Source: Pseudomonadota bacterium (GTDB taxonomy: Bacteria; Pseudomonadota; Alphaproteobacteria; Caulobacterales; Parvularculaceae). Taken from it: a stretch of 64,000 bases of DNA. The position numbers and the translations under genes were made by a program. Shown here one piece after another: positions 62,725 to 64,000 of the stretch; position 1 is the stretch's first letter, and every line of letters starts with the position of its first letter. The stretch covers positions 485,018 through 549,017 of the forward strand of contig JBCDDE010000001.1 of NCBI GenBank assembly GCA_039180625.1, read 5' to 3'. The notes under the pieces are model-generated. The model did no database searches and was not told the origin of the DNA. It saw only the letters and a program-made list of their open reading frames with translations.

Positions 62725-64000
62725 TTAAACAGGTTGCGGCTCAGTATCGGCGATGACGCCCCGGCGCCTTAAAAAGCCGAGTACGGAACGTTTTTTAGGC
62801 TCGCCTGGAATATACGGAATGACCGCAATGGGATGCTCTTCAATGACGCCGGAAACGTGAACCCTGCCGCGAATCGTCGAAAACAACAATTCAGCCAGCA
62901 TGGCGCAGGCGCCGCCGATCGCGAAGGCGGCAAAAAGTGCAAATACCAGCAATTTCGGTCGATCCGGGCTAGAAGGTTGATGAGGGCGTCGCGCCGGTTC
63001 AAGTATCGAAAATTTTTCCGCTTGCTGATTTTCCTCTAAGTTCTCAGCAAGCTGCGCATCCTGTTGTTTTGCGCGAAGCTCGCGATATTCGCCGAAGAGA
63101 TTGTCGTAATCGCGCGTCAGGGTCGCAAGATCGCGTTCTACAGCCGGCGTACGGGCAATGCGCGTTTGTAGATCCTCAATCTCGGCGGAGAGCGCGTTGG
63201 TGCGTCTATCATTCATACGTATGCGATTGTCGATGAGCGCTATGCGCGCTTCGATCTGGGCGTTCGAGGCGTCGCCGCCTGCGCGGGACTCGCTTGATAT
63301 CTGATCGCTCAGTTTCCTGCGGGCTTCTTCAACGCGCGCTTCCGCAGCGGCGACAGCTTCAGAATCGGCCTCTTCGCTGCGCTCAAGATCGGTTAAGGCG
63401 GTATCGGCCAAAGCAAGCTCCTGGCGCAGCGTCTGGATCGCCGTGCTTGGTCTCATGCGTCTCTTGATTGCGCTGATCTGGTCCTGGCTTTGACGGATTT
63501 CAGGATAGCCGTCGTAGTACGTCGCCCTTAACAAGGCGAGTTGCGATTCCAACGCCTGCAATTGAGCACTGAGACCGCCTGTGGCTTCAGCGCCGGAAAC
63601 AAGTTGCGAGGCGAGGAACTGTTTTTCTTCCTCAAGCTGCTCATTGGAACGCTCGGATGTCACATATTGCCGGTTGGCTCGTTCAAGCATGTCGAGGTGC
63701 ATGTTGAGATGTTCGGGAAGCGCGTCGGCGTTCTGCACTTTAAATTCTGAGATGCGTTGTTCAATTCCGGAAACCTGTGCGAGCAGTTTTTGCGCCTCGC
63801 GCTCGAAGAACTCTGTCGTATTCGATGCGCCGGCGGTTCGCGTACGAACGTCCTCGGATAAAAACAGCGTCATAAACTCATTTGCGACCAGATAGGCCTT
63901 GTTCGGATCGCGATGAGTATAGGAGACGGTGAACGCGATCGTGCCGTCTCCGGACCGGCTTTTGCGCCCGACAGTGATCAAGGAGACATTCAGGCCGTCG
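62725..64000 (-). CDS. Wzz/GumC polysaccharide chain-length determinant (5' partial)
   Basis: Frame is open to the window end; coiled coils, FSILEPA..P..PSSPDR, C-terminal TM. Confidence 0.88.
   Translation of the reverse strand, partial: DGLNVSLITVGRKSRSGDGTIAFTVSYTHRDPNKAYLVANEFMTLFLSEDVRTRTAGASNTTEFFEREAQKLLAQVSGIEQRISEFKVQNADALPEHLNMHLDMLERANRQYVTSERSNEQLEEEKQFLASQLVSGAEATGGLSAQLQALESQLALLRATYYDGYPEIRQSQDQISAIKRRMRPSTAIQTLRQELALADTALTDLERSEEADSEAVAAAEARVEEARRKLSDQISSESRAGGDASNAQIEARIALIDNRIRMNDRRTNALSAEIEDLQTRIARTPAVERDLATLTRDYDNLFGEYRELRAKQQDAQLAENLEENQQAEKFSILEPARRPHQPSSPDRPKLLVFALFAAFAIGGACAMLAELLFSTIRGRVHVSGVIEEHPIAVIPYIPGEPKKRSVLGFLRRRGVIADTEPQPV

Overview
Chromosomal, mostly housekeeping window from an alphaproteobacterium. 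The PleC-like kinase, RpoE/ChrR pair and Xanthomonas-type arg cluster suggest a Caulobacterales/Maricaulales/Parvularculales-like lineage (inference only). It contains tolR-tolA-tolB-pal-cpoB-tilS-ftsH, folP-glmM, thiD, serC-serA, purA, thiC, a pleC-like gene, argF'-argB(NAGS/K)-argC, kefC, rpoE-chrR with ufaD/ufaO-like genes, scoA/scoB, a class II DAHP synthase, nadE-gltX and the end of a polysaccharide export locus. I saw no CRISPR array, rRNA, tRNA, transposase or prophage. The most unusual element is non-coding: a TPP-riboswitch aptamer at 22672-22863 with a ~113-nt structured insertion in P3, a putative promoter of its own and a Shine-Dalgarno-sequestering stem, but no gene to regulate. 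The SD is followed by TTG-TAG and then by the convergent 3' end of a DsrE-family gene. A second, conventional TPP riboswitch 4 kb downstream controls an exported Rid-family gene lacking the catalytic Arg, followed by thiC. Other notable items: a solo AT-rich AIPR-family gene, an orphan GH19 lysin-like protein with a long acidic linker and C-terminal anchor, a subclass B3 metallo-beta-lactamase inserted between ftsH and folP, and a 6S-like rod RNA candidate at about 50087-50237. All RNA structures were folded by eye, and no database searches were run.
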